NCBI GenBank assembly: GCA_000002445.1
Contig: CM000207.1
Location: forward strand, 1,664,001 to 1,728,000
Source of the DNA: Trypanosoma brucei
Taxonomy: Eukaryota
Direction: 5' to 3'
DNA: 64,000 bases
Position numbers and translations under genes: made by a program. Of the stretch, positions 10,980 through 23,316 are shown one piece after another. The notes beneath the pieces were generated by a model. That model ran no database searches. It had not been told where the DNA came from and was given only the letters and a program-made list of their open reading frames with translations. Position 1 is the first letter of the stretch, and every line of letters begins with the position of its first letter.

Positions 10980-12032
10980 CCCACACAGGATCACACAGCT
11001 TCGCTCTAATTATTTACTCTCTCTCTTTTTCACACGCACACACACACGCACGCGACCTCACGGAGCGACGATTCGGACGCGTTTGCTGTGCCAAGCCGTT
11101 ACCGACAGCGTCTGGTGTTGAGATGCGTGAAATTTTTTAAATTCTTCGTACACCTCGCGTCCGCCCGCACCGCGCTCGCCTCCAGCGGAACTTTTTACCA
11201 ACCGCTTAAGGGATGTTGCAAGTGCTTGTCACGTCTAGTGCTCGTTTACTCTTCTTGTTAAAATATGTATGACCGTTGAACACACGGCACAAACCCAGTG
11301 GTGACCTTGCCGATAAGAACTGCTGTTACTGCGGCAATGGTGAAGGATTTCTAGAGTGTAAACGTATCGCGACAAAGCCGCTAAGGCAAATGAAAATTTT
11401 ACCTATTTGAAAGTAAAATAAATGTACAAGTGTTGGAAATGCCCACAATTACTTTCCTAGCCTTTTGGTAACCACGGACGTGTATGATCAATTACCTAAT
11501 CAAAAAGTTCAAACTTTAAATAAGCGTAGGTATATATTTGTACCCAGCGTTGAATCCTAGAATTTGTAACATTTACAGGGGTAAAGACGATTTTGAAAGG
11601 AAAGGCATGTCACAGATTAGGCAAAGGAAAGAGAAATGTTGTGTGCACCAACCCAATCGCAGGAAGGGCTTGTGCAAACACACACACGCACACAGGGAGA
11701 GAAGCTCAACGGTCATTTTTGTTTTCCTCTTTTATAAAAGTAAAGGAAATAAAGTCAAAACCTTTTAATTAGCACTCCTGTTACTCGAACCATCTGCACA
11801 CAAAAAAACGTACAACCTCCCTCCCGCTTGAGGCCCACAGTGTGTAACCGATTGCCACACGGTAAAAACAGGAAACTGCGCAGTCAGTGAAGAAACAATT
11901 TAGCACAGGAACTCTTTCCTTTTGTGGTTGTTGACACGTATCGCGTTATTCTTATCACTCCCTGTCTAATGAACTTGAAGCGACGAGAAAGAATCAACAA
12001 CAACACAATTGACAACAGGCATTAATCCAACC

Positions 12033-14138
12033 TCATTTCACTGCCCGGCGAACCCGCTTTGCCTCTTGCCGTTCCCGAGAACTCATCAGTGCATTTTCAA
12101 TAGCATCTACACCCATGATGGCATCGACGGTACGACCACTGACCTCACCTCTGCGTTCCTTCTTTACGTAGTAGCTGTCCTTTAGAAGTTCATCAATCTC
12201 CACTTGCTTCATCGTACGACTGCGCTCCCCACGGGACATTTTCGCTAATTTGAGAGCCTCCAGCTTCTCGTTGCGCTCTGTACGGTGTCGCTTAGCGGAA
12301 GCTTCACCATGTTCGTCTTCGTCACCCTCTACACGTCGTCTCTTTTCCTCCCGTTCCTGTGTCTCACGTTCTCGCTTCTCACGAGTTTGCTGATTTATGA
12401 TCTCCATGATATCCGTGAGTTCTTCCTGAAGCGGAATTTTTAGAATGCGCATGTGCTTGATTTCTCCACAGTTCGGAACTTTGAAGAGGGCAAAACTATG
12501 TGTGAGGTCAGTGAGGTCGATCAACTGGAGTTGGAATATATACCTACACTCGTGTTCCTTGTAGGCACGAATAAACGAGACAAAGGCGCGCGCCGCAAGG
12601 TCCAATATCTTTTTGTTTTCCTGCTGTCGAACGGCCCTCCGAAGTTCGAGAATGGCCGGGCTCTCGCACAAATCTCCATGCACTTCCTTCCTCGTCCGCC
12701 GCGTAGTTGCACTTTTCGCATTTCGCTCCTCCTGAAGCATTGCGCGGCGCTCCTTGCGACTCATTCGTTGCTCCTTCTGGGCCCTGTGGAGGGACTTTCT
12801 TTTCTCCTGCAGTGAACTTGTGAGCGTACGCCTAACATTCATTTCCTCAACTACCTTCTGAGCCTCACCGATGTCATCCTTTTCCTCATTGTATGGGAGT
12901 AATGAAACATTCTGCAGCTTCATGAACGCAACATACTCCAACTCGTGAGGCATAAGAAACACGAGAGTTTCACCCTGGCGTCCCATTCGGGCTGTGCGTC
13001 CGATACGATGGATGAACGTAGCGGGGTCAACTGGCGGGTCGTACTGCACAACTACGCCAACCTCCGGAATGTCTAAACCGCGCGCCGCCACATCTGTACA
13101 CACGAGAACGCAACGATTTCGCTTTGTGACGGCGCGGTGAACACGCTGCCGCTTCTCCAGTTTCATCTGCCCATGAAGAGCAAAAACATTGTCAGCATCG
13201 TCCTTCAGCAGAATGCCAACAAGGCACGCATAAAGCCAGTCCACGCTGGCGCAGGTCATCACGTACACAATCACCTTCTGCTCTCGCCGCTTGCTGAGGA
13301 ACTCCAGTAGACGATCAAGTTTCTCCGATGCCCTCGTAAATGTGTAGTAGTTTGACAGCAACTCTGGGATTTGTGGTTTCGCTGCATTCGTCATTGCCGA
13401 ATTAAGCGAGTTCACACGCACAGCAACAGACACGGGGTTCCGCATGCCTGCGCGAGCCAACTCCGCTAATTCCTTTGTTTGCGTGGCGCTAAAGAGCCCA
13501 GTACGCCGCTGCTTCGGGAGCCGCTTGAGTATTGCGTCAAGTTTTGCCTTGAAGCCAAATTCAAGCAACCTATCGGCCTCATCCAATATGAGGAGCTCAA
13601 AAGACGTAAGGTTGAAAAGGCCTGAGTGCTTTGAGGAGACCAACAACTCATAAAGCCTTCCTGGTGTCCCAATTAAAACATTACCACCGGTCCTACTAAA
13701 CATGTCAACATCCAACTTAATGTCACGACCACCAATGTAGCACTGGCATGAGTATTTAGGCAACCCATTTTTGCCACCTAGGTAGTCGTACGATACATAG
13801 TGCAACATCTTTTTAGCCAGTTGGTGCACTTGCTGAGCAAGCTCACGGGAAGGAAGCACTATAACGGAAACAACCGCGTCCTTGCGATCCTTGCACACTT
13901 CCACCACACGATCGTACTGCAGCATTTCTAAGCATGGGATCAAATAAGCCAAAGTTTTCCCGCTTCCAGTAATGGCTTCAACCACAACATCGTAGTTACC
14001 CAAAAGCAGTGGAATGGTGCGTGCCTGAACAGGTGCCATATATCGAAACCCTGCGCATTCCGTTAGATAAGACATCGTCGCAGGGCGCAACGTCACGCCC
14101 TTCATGTCCTTCCACTCGCTGCTGCTGACACCGCTCAT
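12033..14138 (-). CDS. ATP-dependent DEAD-box RNA helicase (nucleolar Spb4/DDX55-like or Dbp4-like). The start is the internal ATG at MSGVSSSEW; the 120-codon upstream extension is low complexity.
   Basis: Helicase motifs: AITGSGKTLAY (motif I), ILDEADRLL (DEAD), LFSATQT (motif III) and HRIGRTARMG (motif VI). The C-terminal tail is basic and rich in K/R/E. Confidence 0.85.
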   Translation of the reverse strand: MSGVSSSEWKDMKGVTLRPATMSYLTECAGFRYMAPVQARTIPLLLGNYDVVVEAITGSGKTLAYLIPCLEMLQYDRVVEVCKDRKDAVVSVIVLPSRELAQQVHQLAKKMLHYVSYDYLGGKNGLPKYSCQCYIGGRDIKLDVDMFSRTGGNVLIGTPGRLYELLVSSKHSGLFNLTSFELLILDEADRLLEFGFKAKLDAILKRLPKQRRTGLFSATQTKELAELARAGMRNPVSVAVRVNSLNSAMTNAAKPQIPELLSNYYTFTRASEKLDRLLEFLSKRREQKVIVYVMTCASVDWLYACLVGILLKDDADNVFALHGQMKLEKRQRVHRAVTKRNRCVLVCTDVAARGLDIPEVGVVVQYDPPVDPATFIHRIGRTARMGRQGETLVFLMPHELEYVAFMKLQNVSLLPYNEEKDDIGEAQKVVEEMNVRRTLTSSLQEKRKSLHRAQKEQRMSRKERRAMLQEERNAKSATTRRTRKEVHGDLCESPAILELRRAVRQQENKKILDLAARAFVSFIRAYKEHECRYIFQLQLIDLTDLTHSFALFKVPNCGEIKHMRILKIPLQEELTDIMEIINQQTREKRERETQEREEKRRRVEGDEDEHGEASAKRHRTERNEKLEALKLAKMSRGERSRTMKQVEIDELLKDSYYVKKERRGEVSGRTVDAIMGVDAIENALMSSRERQEAKRVRRAVK

Positions 14139-14814
14139 CGCCACAGCAGGAATCCCTACGAGATATAAATCAAAAAAAAAAAGCGAAAAGAAGTAAGGGA
14201 ACACAGAATATACAAAACTGTAGGAAATGGTATCGTTTATAACCAGAGAATAAAGGTGAACCAAATGCAGAGGAGAGAAGGCAAGTACACGACAGACGAA
14301 ACGATAATGCGAAGGAAAAAAAAACAAAGAGAAAAACGAAGGTACATCTTCACAAGTAAATTTTCGCTTGCCGAACACACTAACCAACTCGGGAATTTTC
14401 CACCCCACTGCAACGACCATCACCACAACCACACCCACAGTACGACGCTCACATGAAGCTAATAGAAACTTTATGCAAAGAGTACAATACACCAACCAAA
14501 CACATATATATCACACCACCTCTGTAAGAAATTTAAAGAAGCTCCTAGCATCGAGAAAAATCACGAAGTTGCAACGTGCTCCGAGGTCCCAACAGGCAGG
14601 AAGTCAAACAACAGAAACAAATAAAGACAGAGAGAAAACGAGCAAGGATCGGGTAATAGGGGCGACACACACGCGGACGTAAGAAAATAGTGTAACTATT
14701 TACCATGCAAAGCTAAATTGCAAAAAAAAAAGGAGCGACGTCCTATGATGCAAAGGCATATAATATATGAAAATTGTAACCAGGTAGAATTGGACGGCAC
14801 ATTAAGTCACATCG

Positions 14815-15927
14815 CTAAATTAGCTGTTCTCTATGGCGAAGCACATCTTGTATGAAGGCATTAACCGTCTCTCCGTACCCGGGAATAAGCGGAAGGGTGT
14901 TGTGGTCCCCTTCAGGATATTCGACAAACCTACGACTTCTTGTGCTGAAAGTCTTGGAGTATAATTTCTTCATCTGCAGCGGAGGTACCACATTGTCCTT
15001 CAGACCAGAGAGAAACAGCATCGGTGCACATATCTTCTGCACGGCGTCAATACTGCGCCACTTAATATGGAGGCAAAGCGGCTTAACATAGTATTCGAAC
15101 AAGGATAACAGCAAGAACGAGAAACATGGTTGAGCACCGTTAAGTGCGTGCCTCACCATCTCGGAGGCCATATCGCCAATGGAAGTAAATGTATTTTCCA
15201 CTATGACGCCTGCGATATGCTTCGCGTTGTGGGGTTCAGCAGCCAAATGAATAGCAACTGCACCACCCAGACTAGTCCCCATAACGAAAATACGGTCAGC
15301 TGGAATGTGTGGATGACAAAGCAAATAATCCAAGCATGCCTGCGCATCCAACATAACACCCTCTTGTGTTGGGGATACCGAGTCACTCTGACCATATCCC
15401 CTATAGTCTACCATGAGTACCGCACATCGGCATTTGGTGGATAACATGGCCGCGATGGGTATGCGGTGGCCGACGTTACCCGCGTTACCGTGAAAATACA
15501 AAATTGAGCACTGCGGATGTGCAGATCCGGTACCGGACCCCTCAAGACGCTCCAAGAAGGGGGGATTCGGATTACTGCGGTCCGAAGCTGCTGATAGAGG
15601 TGGAACTCGTAGCATATATCCCATTCTCTCCTCCATGTCATGCTGCTGCCGTGGCCTCTCTTGCAACTCCATTGGTGGCCACATAATAAATCCGCGCAAA
15701 GTTAGACCGTCCGCCGTGCGTATATGCACCTGCTCTGAGTTCCTATATCCCCTCTCCAGGGGGCTGTCACAAACAAACGTGCTACCCGCTGGTACGTTGG
15801 GGAAGTATAAGAAGTGGTTCTGGCTCTCACGCATTCGATAACCCACCGCCGCAAGAAAAATGGTAGAGACCAAGAGGGCGACAAGAACCCACATGAGTAG
15901 CGTTACTGCAACCCGCTCAGCGCTCAT
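14815..15927 (-). CDS. Alpha/beta-hydrolase (BEM46/ABHD13-like) with an N-terminal transmembrane helix
   Basis: Motifs HGNAGNVGHR, VDYRGYGQSDS and the nucleophile elbow GTSLGGAVAI. A hydrophobic N-terminus (VTLLMWVLVALLVSTIFLAAV) follows the start. The codon at 15928-30 is GTG and the ATG is the second codon. Confidence 0.8.
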   Translation of the reverse strand: MSAERVAVTLLMWVLVALLVSTIFLAAVGYRMRESQNHFLYFPNVPAGSTFVCDSPLERGYRNSEQVHIRTADGLTLRGFIMWPPMELQERPRQQHDMEERMGYMLRVPPLSAASDRSNPNPPFLERLEGSGTGSAHPQCSILYFHGNAGNVGHRIPIAAMLSTKCRCAVLMVDYRGYGQSDSVSPTQEGVMLDAQACLDYLLCHPHIPADRIFVMGTSLGGAVAIHLAAEPHNAKHIAGVIVENTFTSIGDMASEMVRHALNGAQPCFSFLLLSLFEYYVKPLCLHIKWRSIDAVQKICAPMLFLSGLKDNVVPPLQMKKLYSKTFSTRSRRFVEYPEGDHNTLPLIPGYGETVNAFIQDVLRHREQLI

Positions 15928-16443
15928 CACAGTTTGAAGTGAAAGAAATAATGTACAAAACGCGGAGCAGCGCGCAAAAAAAAAAAAGTCTCCGATGGAA
16001 AGGTCAAGCCTCCTCTGCTCTCAAATTCTACGGGCCAAGGGTGAATGTATCTGAAGAAGATTAAGCGATCACCCGCAACACCCCTTCAAACACGTTGAAC
16101 ACACCGAACAGTAAAACAACGCGGGGTAAATTCCACTGTCCCACGTAGGCTTGCAGTCCTGTACTCTTCGTAGAGTATGGGACTCTGCAGACAGCAGGCC
16201 GAAATGGAAGGAACTACAAGGAGAAAAACCTTCAATAATTCACACCTTAAGCACCCCGGAGATTGGCTTTTAACCTTTAAAAAGTAAGATCCCCACAGTT
16301 CAAAAAAAAAAATCCCCCTTGGGGAACGATATGGTGTAGTTGAAAAAGAAAAAAAGAAAGACAAAATGAGATTAAAGGGGAAGAAAGTAACTTGCTTGCG
16401 AAATGGCATCACCAAAGTCTGCGTAGCATTCCCCACGTTCCAA

Positions 16444-16470
16444 ACACACACGCACACACACACACACACA
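16444..16470. repeat. (CA)n dinucleotide repeat
   Basis: Read directly: acacacacgcacacacacacacacacac. Confidence 0.9.
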
Positions 16471-17446
16471 AAAGGAAGCAAAAATATATATACATTTATA
16501 TTAGCGCCACCCCTCCCTCGTTGCAAGAAAGCGACGCAAATTCCCCCCACCCTCCTCGCCTCTTTTATTTTTATTTTATTTTTTTGCCTTTTCTTTTTTT
16601 TATTTTCTTCTTTTCTCTCTACTAACCGATATTCCATCCTCCCGATGCGTGGGAAACTGGTTGCTTGTAGATGTTAGGCAGAAGACTTTGTTTGTATTAC
16701 GATCATATGGGGCCTCCCTCCAACTTGGAATTATTTGGAGTTGCAGGAACAAACAGAAGGGTGCCATCCACGTGTGTGTGCGCGTGTGGAATGTGAGAAA
16801 AACGTACGAATAAAGCAACGTGAAAAGTTATTTATGAAGCATTTCTGTTCTCCAAATCACCCTCTCAATTCCCACATCTCAGTAGCGTCCGTTTGCGTTC
16901 TTTCAACTGGGAGGTGATGACAAAAAATAAAAAAAACTCAGAGAGGGAAAGAGGAAGAACACACTAGGAAAATTCATAGCAATAAAAAAAAAAAACGTTT
17001 CTGTTAGAGGTGCTTAAAATACCTCCAAAAGAAATAAAAAACAGAGATCCGAAAAAGTGGTGCAGTTCCCCACGCCCTGATCCATGTTCCACCACCCGCA
17101 CGTTGGTGCTTGTCGTTAAACGACTCTCGGTGAAGGCACACCCTATTCCTCAACGTAGCTCGCACCAAAAAAAAAAATGCATTTATGCGTCGTGCAACTT
17201 TTCCTTCTCCCCTTCCCTCAATTTCGCCCAGTACTTCGTACCCTTTTTATATCTTCGTCCCCCTCAATCATCCTTCCAACCTCATTTCCTCCTTGCATAT
17301 ATATATATATATATATATACACGTATTCTTCCTCCTCCTCCTCTCTATCACGCGTTGTTTGAGAAAATAACCTTCACTCACTCCTACATATCTTTCTTTT
17401 TTTTCTTCACCCTTGTCAATCCTTCATACCCTTACACCATGCACAA

Positions 17447-18109
17447 CTAGCACGCACAATCGCTTTTCTTTGTACTAGGCCTTTGTTGGCCCAATCTGAT
17501 GGATTGCGGCAACGCCACCCCCTCTTCCGCAGTAGCTTTCTTTGCTAGCGCAGCTTTACTTACCGTTAAGAACGCCTCTTCCACGCCCACATTTGCCTTT
17601 GCTGATGCTTCAAAGTATTGAATGGATCCCATCGTTTCCTCCCCAGCAGCTGCACCTAAAGAGGCATCACCACCTTCCCCATTTTTTAGTGATTCACACC
17701 AGGCTTCTGCCGTGCGACTGGTCACCTGCCGGCGCTCCGTCAGGTCCGATTTGTTGCCAATCAGCACACATTCCCGCTGGCCCGCTTGAGCGCGAAACTC
17801 TTCCAACCACGAATTAATGTGAGAAAAGGATTCCGAATCGGTAAGGTCAAACACAAGAACACATGCGTCAGCTCCACGATAAAAGGCAGAGCCAAGTGAC
17901 TGGAAACGCTCCTGCCCAGCTGTGTCCCATATTTGCAATGTGACAAGTTTGCCATCGATCTCCACATCCCTCGTGAGAAAATCTGCACCTATCGTCGCCT
18001 TGTACCGGTTGTCAAAGTTTTTATTCACATATTGATGCACCAACGCAGTCTTTCCGACACCGCTATCCCCAAGAATAATTATCTTCAGCAACTGTCGGTT
18101 TGGAGCCAT
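17447..18109 (-). CDS. RAB7: Rab7 small GTPase
   Basis: GDSGVGKT P-loop, effector region YKATIGADF, WDTAGQE, GNKSD and a C-terminal CAC prenylation motif. The sequence is highly similar to Rab7 family members. ATG at 18107-18109. Confidence 0.9.
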   Translation of the reverse strand: MAPNRQLLKIIILGDSGVGKTALVHQYVNKNFDNRYKATIGADFLTRDVEIDGKLVTLQIWDTAGQERFQSLGSAFYRGADACVLVFDLTDSESFSHINSWLEEFRAQAGQRECVLIGNKSDLTERRQVTSRTAEAWCESLKNGEGGDASLGAAAGEETMGSIQYFEASAKANVGVEEAFLTVSKAALAKKATAEEGVALPQSIRLGQQRPSTKKSDCAC

Positions 18110-18412
18110 CTTTCTTTTCCCCCCTCCTTCCTTCCCTTTTTTTTGTTGTTGTTATTATTCTTGTTTCCTTCGGTTCCTTCAATTCAATGTTTCCGCACCC
18201 TCCTCCCTAAATTCACCCGTAGACCCAACGCTCCGGCACAAACGTAAGAGGCACTTGCACTCTACCTTTCCCTTTTAAAGAAAAAAAAAATCTGTAGTTT
18301 GCGGTGTTTAAATCCCTAAAAGTTGCGTTTCCAATAATATTTGTATTTTCTTTTCTTCCTCTGTGTTGTTTCTGCACCTTCCCTTTGGTGCAACTCACCT
18401 TGTCACCTTTTC

Positions 18413-18413
18413 A

Positions 18414-18445
<32 letters not shown>

Positions 18446-18446
18446 A
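18413..18446. repeat. Compound (TA)n(TG)n microsatellite
   Basis: Read directly: atatatatatatatatatatgtgtgtgtgtgt. Confidence 0.9.
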
Positions 18447-18866
18447 CGTGTATATGTGTTTTTGCTTTTTTTTCCTTTTTTTTTGTGTGTTTCTCACCAG
18501 CACTTGGGTGATTTTGCTTCAATATGGGGCTAACGTCAAAGTAGTTTAAAGGCACGAGGGCAATTCAACAACGTACACCACACGAAAGTGATACCAAAAG
18601 GTGGGGAAAAGTGTTGATACAAAACCACAAGAAATAAATAAAGCAAAACAAGAAGAATGAGATGGAGGAAAATAATAATAATAACAATAGTAATAACAAT
18701 AGTAGTAATAATAATAGTATATATGGATTGCGTAAAGAAGAGAATTGGAACAAATCAAATAAAAGAAAGGGCGACGACAGCAGGTAGTCTCTGCCACCTT
18801 CCCTCTCACTTACATGAAAACACACACACACACACATGCATACGCATATAAGCGCAACCACCAACG

Positions 18867-18892
18867 GCAGAAGCAGCAGCAGCAGCAGCAGA
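18867..18892. repeat. (GCA)n trinucleotide repeat in an intergenic spacer
   Basis: Read directly: gcagaagcagcagcagcagcagcaga. Confidence 0.9.
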
Positions 18893-21800
18893 AGGATAAT
18901 TAATGTGCTGGTGTGGTGGAGGAAAGAAAGAAAGAAAGAAAAACTACATTAGTAGTCGATTCGAGTGGTGAGAAAACAGAAGTTTAGCCACAAAGAATCC
19001 CCGTGAGGGGTGTCCCGCAGGTTACAGCCACGGTCATAATAGTAATAATAGTAATAATAATAAGTCTTGTCACTGTCTTGTGCACATGCACACATGGATG
19101 CACATTCACGCATCACCGCATAAACGTGTAAATATACCTAAATACAAATACACGTACCTCTGGCTACGAGGACAGGGAGTACGCGACAAAACCAGAATGA
19201 TAATAAAGAAAAACACACACACACAAAAAAAAAAAAAAGCCCACCCCCTCCACACACACACATTCAAAGAAAATGACAAATATAAAGACAAAAACAGAGA
19301 AAGAAGAAGTAGCCAAATGAATCGGGTGGCGACGGAGTGAAGAGGCAGTATGGCAATTTTCATATTACTTTTTCATTTTTTTTACCTTAACCCCCTTGTA
19401 GTCTTCTATGCTATCACTGTCAACCTTCTTTTATTTGCTTTTTTTATTTGTTTTCTTTACTTCTTGTTTATTTCTTTATTACTTACTTTCTTTCTTTATA
19501 TTGCATTGCCTCACTCGCAATTTGAGGATAGACAGATAGAGATAGAGATAGAGATAAAGAGAAGGAAAGGAAAGGAAAGAAGGAGAGAAACAAAAATGTT
19601 TACACTTTCCTGCAACCTCTTATGCGTCACCCCTCTTACTTAACTTGGCAAACAAATATTTGCAGTTAATGTTCTATTTTATTCACACGTTGAACTTACA
19701 CATTTTGCTCCATCATCCCAACACACGCCCCACCCCTTTCTCCTCCTCCTCCTCCTCCAATCTGAAGTCACTTAATTAACTAAAAATAAAAAAAAAGTAG
19801 CACCAACCAAACGCTAATTTCTTCTATCTCTCTTTTTTTTTATTATTATTCTTTTCTTTTACCATCCTTTTTCTTTTTTTCTTCTTCCTTCTTTTTATCT
19901 TGAATTTTCAATTTCATATAAAAGCTCGGTAGTCGTTTGCTCGTCCCACCGGCGCCAGAGCACTATTATCCCCACCAGAAGCAAACCAATCAAAACAAAA
20001 CAATTTAAAAGGAAAAAAAAAGACTCGGGTTAAACGAAGGAATCAAATAAAAAAAACAATAAAATCAGCGGCAGAAGAAAAATAATAACAGTAATGACAA
20101 TAACAACAGCAGTTATAACAATAATATAAACAAAAAGGAAATGATGAGAAAGTTTGGAAGCATCATACCCACACGCAAATATACCGGCGTTGCTTCAGAG
20201 AGGGGAAAAAAAAAGAAAGAAACAGTAAGGAAGAGAAGAAATAAACATGAATGTACCGCGTCACGAAAACCGAAGCCGAGGAATTTACGAAACAAAAAAA
20301 AAAAAGAAAACAAAAAAAGAAAAAAAGGGGAAAAAATTGTCTATTTGCACGCACAAATACCCCTTATATATAAATATATAAACACACAAATTTATATATT
20401 TATATTCACCCGGAACAACAGCAACCACGCTATCCGCGTAAAAAAAAAATGTGTTAAAAGATTAGGAAACAGCACCGAAGGGAGAAAAAGAAGAAGGGAA
20501 AGAAGGTAAAAAAAAAACACATAAACATAAACACAAAAAAATTAAGGGTAGGGAAAAAAAAAGCAAGAGGAAGAGGAGACGGCAACCGATTGTGAGGTGC
20601 CACAAATATGACAACGCGAACGCGGGGCAAAAAAAAAAAAAAAAGAAAATCACAAGGAAAAAAACTAAAAATAGAGAAGAGAAAAAAAAGAGAAACATAA
20701 AAATACATTATGATAACAAAATACTTAGATATGTATTTTGTTACACTCATTACTTCATGCGCAATGCCGAACCCAAATTTAACGGGGATGCAAATCCCGC
20801 CAACATTCCGTATTGGAGGATTACCGAAGGGGGAAAAAAATCACAAAAAACCAAACGAACAAAAAAAAGAGAAAGAGAGAGAAAGAGTAGAACAAAACAA
20901 AAGACTACACGCCCGTATATATCTATATATCTATATATACATCCGTGCATTTATATATATCTATATACTTTTATATTTTTAAAAAAAAACACATTACACA
21001 ATTAAAATTAAGCTATAAATCGCTCCTTCGCCGCGCGACTTTCCTCCCCCCTCCCCACCCAAATTTGTTTCCCCCGCCTCTTCGAAACCGCACACCACAG
21101 GGGGGAAAAGTTAAAAAAAAAAGGGAAGAAATCCAAAATAATCACAAGAAGGAAATCATAACATCGTCCCTGCTTTTCTTCTCCCACGTCAACATCACCA
21201 CCACTACGTATAAAATTGAGAGGCACCAGAAAAATAATGCCCAGAACCCAACTGGCGCTCAAACACAAATAACAACGGCTTTTATAATTTCACTCTCTTT
21301 TTTTTTCTTTCTTCCTTCCTCCCCAAGTCATTCCATCAAGAATTAAAGAAAAAAACATAACCTTCTTTCCTCTTTTTGGTCTTCCTCACCCACACCGGTT
21401 TTATAATTCACACACTAACATTATAAAATCATTTCCATACACGGACGCCACACGTCCAGTTGGTGCAAATAATAATAATACCACTCTCACGCACCTCCTT
21501 CCTCATCCCAAAACAACAAAAAACAAAAACAACTTAAAGAAAAAGAAAAAGAAAAAAAAGGAGAAACAAGTAGACAAGAGTTGCTAATCAGCAATGGAAA
21601 TAGCTTTGAAAATCAAAAGAATGGATGGGCAAATTAAAGAAGAAAAGGAGACTTGTAAATAACACCAAGCGTACCCCCCCCCCACCCATCCCCACAAATT
21701 AGCGTGGAACGCTCCCTCACAATCATCAAAATAAGGGAAAACAGAGTAAATTAAAAGTATGAAAGAAAAAAGAAAAGAAAAATGAATAAAACTACAATAG

Positions 21801-21951
21801 AACGAAAAGAACTCAAAGCGATACAAACATCTACGGCAACGCGAGACATGACTGGAGTGGAAACAGCAGCGGAATTGTCATTCTACGTTAACCTCCTCTC
21901 CTGTCTCGAACTTATAACAGCACCGCAAGTCAAAGCCATGCATACACACAC

Positions 21952-22962
21952 CTAAAACCCACGGAACTCCAATTGTTGTGATGGTGCTAACGGGGGCAAC
22001 CGCTTATCCCCACTCTCGGGATACGACTCAAAGTTACTTGTGTCGCCGGGGCTCTTCACTTTTACAGGAATGGGAGCGTGATAATGACGTCCATAGAGTT
22101 TCTCCCAATTCGCACCACGGAAGAATGGGTGATTCTTCACATCAGCTACGCCATCCTTCAGCGTGCCCAACCGTTTCGTGTGATCCGTTTGCAATAAACC
22201 CTTTACGAGATCCCGCGCACGGGAGTCAAACCAATTGGGGAATTTGAACCGGCCCGCAAGAATCTTTTCATACGTCCGAATTGGGGTTTCATCAAAAAAG
22301 GGAGGATGGCCAGCTATGAATTCATACAGCAAAACACCCATCGTCCACCAATCCACAGCCTTCCCATGTCCTTTGCTCTGAATTACCTCAGGTGCAAGAT
22401 ACTCAGGTGTCCCACATAACGTATAGGTACGATCCGTCACCTTCTTAGCAAAACCAAAATCAGTCACCTTGACGTGTCCCTTCCCATCAAGTAGCAGATT
22501 CTCAGGTTTCAAGTCACGGTAGATAATGTCCTTCGAGTGTAAATATTCAAAGGCCAACACAAGCTCCGCATGATAGAACTTCGCTACGTCATTCGGGAAA
22601 CGGCCTGCGGAACGAAGGTGAGTAAATACCTCACCACCTACCACAAATTCTAGAACAAAGTAGACGCGGTTCTCATCCTGGAAGGAACACATCATGTTCA
22701 CAATGAAGGGGTGTGACAACTCCATTAGAATTTGCTTCTCTTGGTTCAGGTGTTGTACCTGCTTCATCTTTAGTATCTCACGCTTCTTTAGACATTTTAT
22801 TGCATAATACTCCCCCCTGCTCTTCAGTTTTGCAATGCGCACGCGACCAAACGAGCCGGTCCCTAGCGTGTCACCCATTTCAAAGTCACTCAGCTTCCAT
22901 CCCGATGTGTCAGGTTTGGTAAACACATACGTTTGCGGTTCCGTCGACGTGGCTACAGGCAT
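21952..22962 (-). CDS. PKAC2: cAMP-dependent protein kinase (PKA) catalytic subunit, paralog A (~336 aa). The start is the internal ATG at MPVATSTEPQTY; the ORF-track upstream extension is low complexity.
   Basis: A full AGC-kinase catalytic core: GTGSFGRV, AIK, HRDLKPEN, DFG, GTPEYLAPE and a C-terminal FxxF-like tail (FRGF). From about codon 14 (FTKPDTSGWKL) onward it is near-identical to the second copy at 36593..37597. I assign PKAC2 versus PKAC1 by position relative to PRP8 and RAB7, from my memory of T. brucei chr9 gene order; that assignment is uncertain. Confidence 0.85.
   Translation of the reverse strand: MPVATSTEPQTYVFTKPDTSGWKLSDFEMGDTLGTGSFGRVRIAKLKSRGEYYAIKCLKKREILKMKQVQHLNQEKQILMELSHPFIVNMMCSFQDENRVYFVLEFVVGGEVFTHLRSAGRFPNDVAKFYHAELVLAFEYLHSKDIIYRDLKPENLLLDGKGHVKVTDFGFAKKVTDRTYTLCGTPEYLAPEVIQSKGHGKAVDWWTMGVLLYEFIAGHPPFFDETPIRTYEKILAGRFKFPNWFDSRARDLVKGLLQTDHTKRLGTLKDGVADVKNHPFFRGANWEKLYGRHYHAPIPVKVKSPGDTSNFESYPESGDKRLPPLAPSQQLEFRGF
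21955..22925. repeat. PKAC duplication unit copy A, a ~970-bp near-identical direct repeat
   Basis: The proteins are near-identical from FTKPDTSGWKL to the C-terminus. The antisense ORFs over this tract (21978..22247 vs 36580..36888) are also near-identical, showing the identity is at the nucleotide level and not just the protein level. The flanks diverge immediately outside the CDS. Confidence 0.8.
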
Positions 22963-23316
22963 CCGCACTACCAGTACCTGCTCAAGCTCTGTCAAAAAAG
23001 AATAATGTATAAATAAATGTAGACTTACGTATGCAACAAAATAGCTTATTTTTGTGGAGAAAACAAAAACGGAAAGAGGAGTAAAGGGTTCTTCGACAGT
23101 ATTCAAAATATAAAAAAGTAACACCAACAGCAGAAGAAGGAAAGGCAAAAGGGAGAACAAGAGTGCGCCCGTGACCTCCCTCCGATATTCATTGAAATTC
23201 TGTAACAATGTAAAAATTTGGGAGGTGTTTCCCCTTTAAACGACAAGCCGACCCCTCCACCACCGAGAGGGGGAAGAGATGAAGAATTATGCACCAACTA
23301 TGTTATATATTGCCTT

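Noticed and set aside
14493-14495. ORF-track N-terminal extensions (DEAD-box 120 codons, PKAC copy A 82 codons, and others)
   Set aside because: The track appears to call ORFs from GTG/TTG codons and print them as M. The extensions are low complexity, so I used the first in-frame ATG that fits the conserved N-terminus.
21978-22247. Near-identical antisense ORFs inside both PKAC copies (also 36580..36888)
   Set aside because: They are conserved only because the underlying PKAC coding sequence is duplicated. They are antisense to a well-supported gene.
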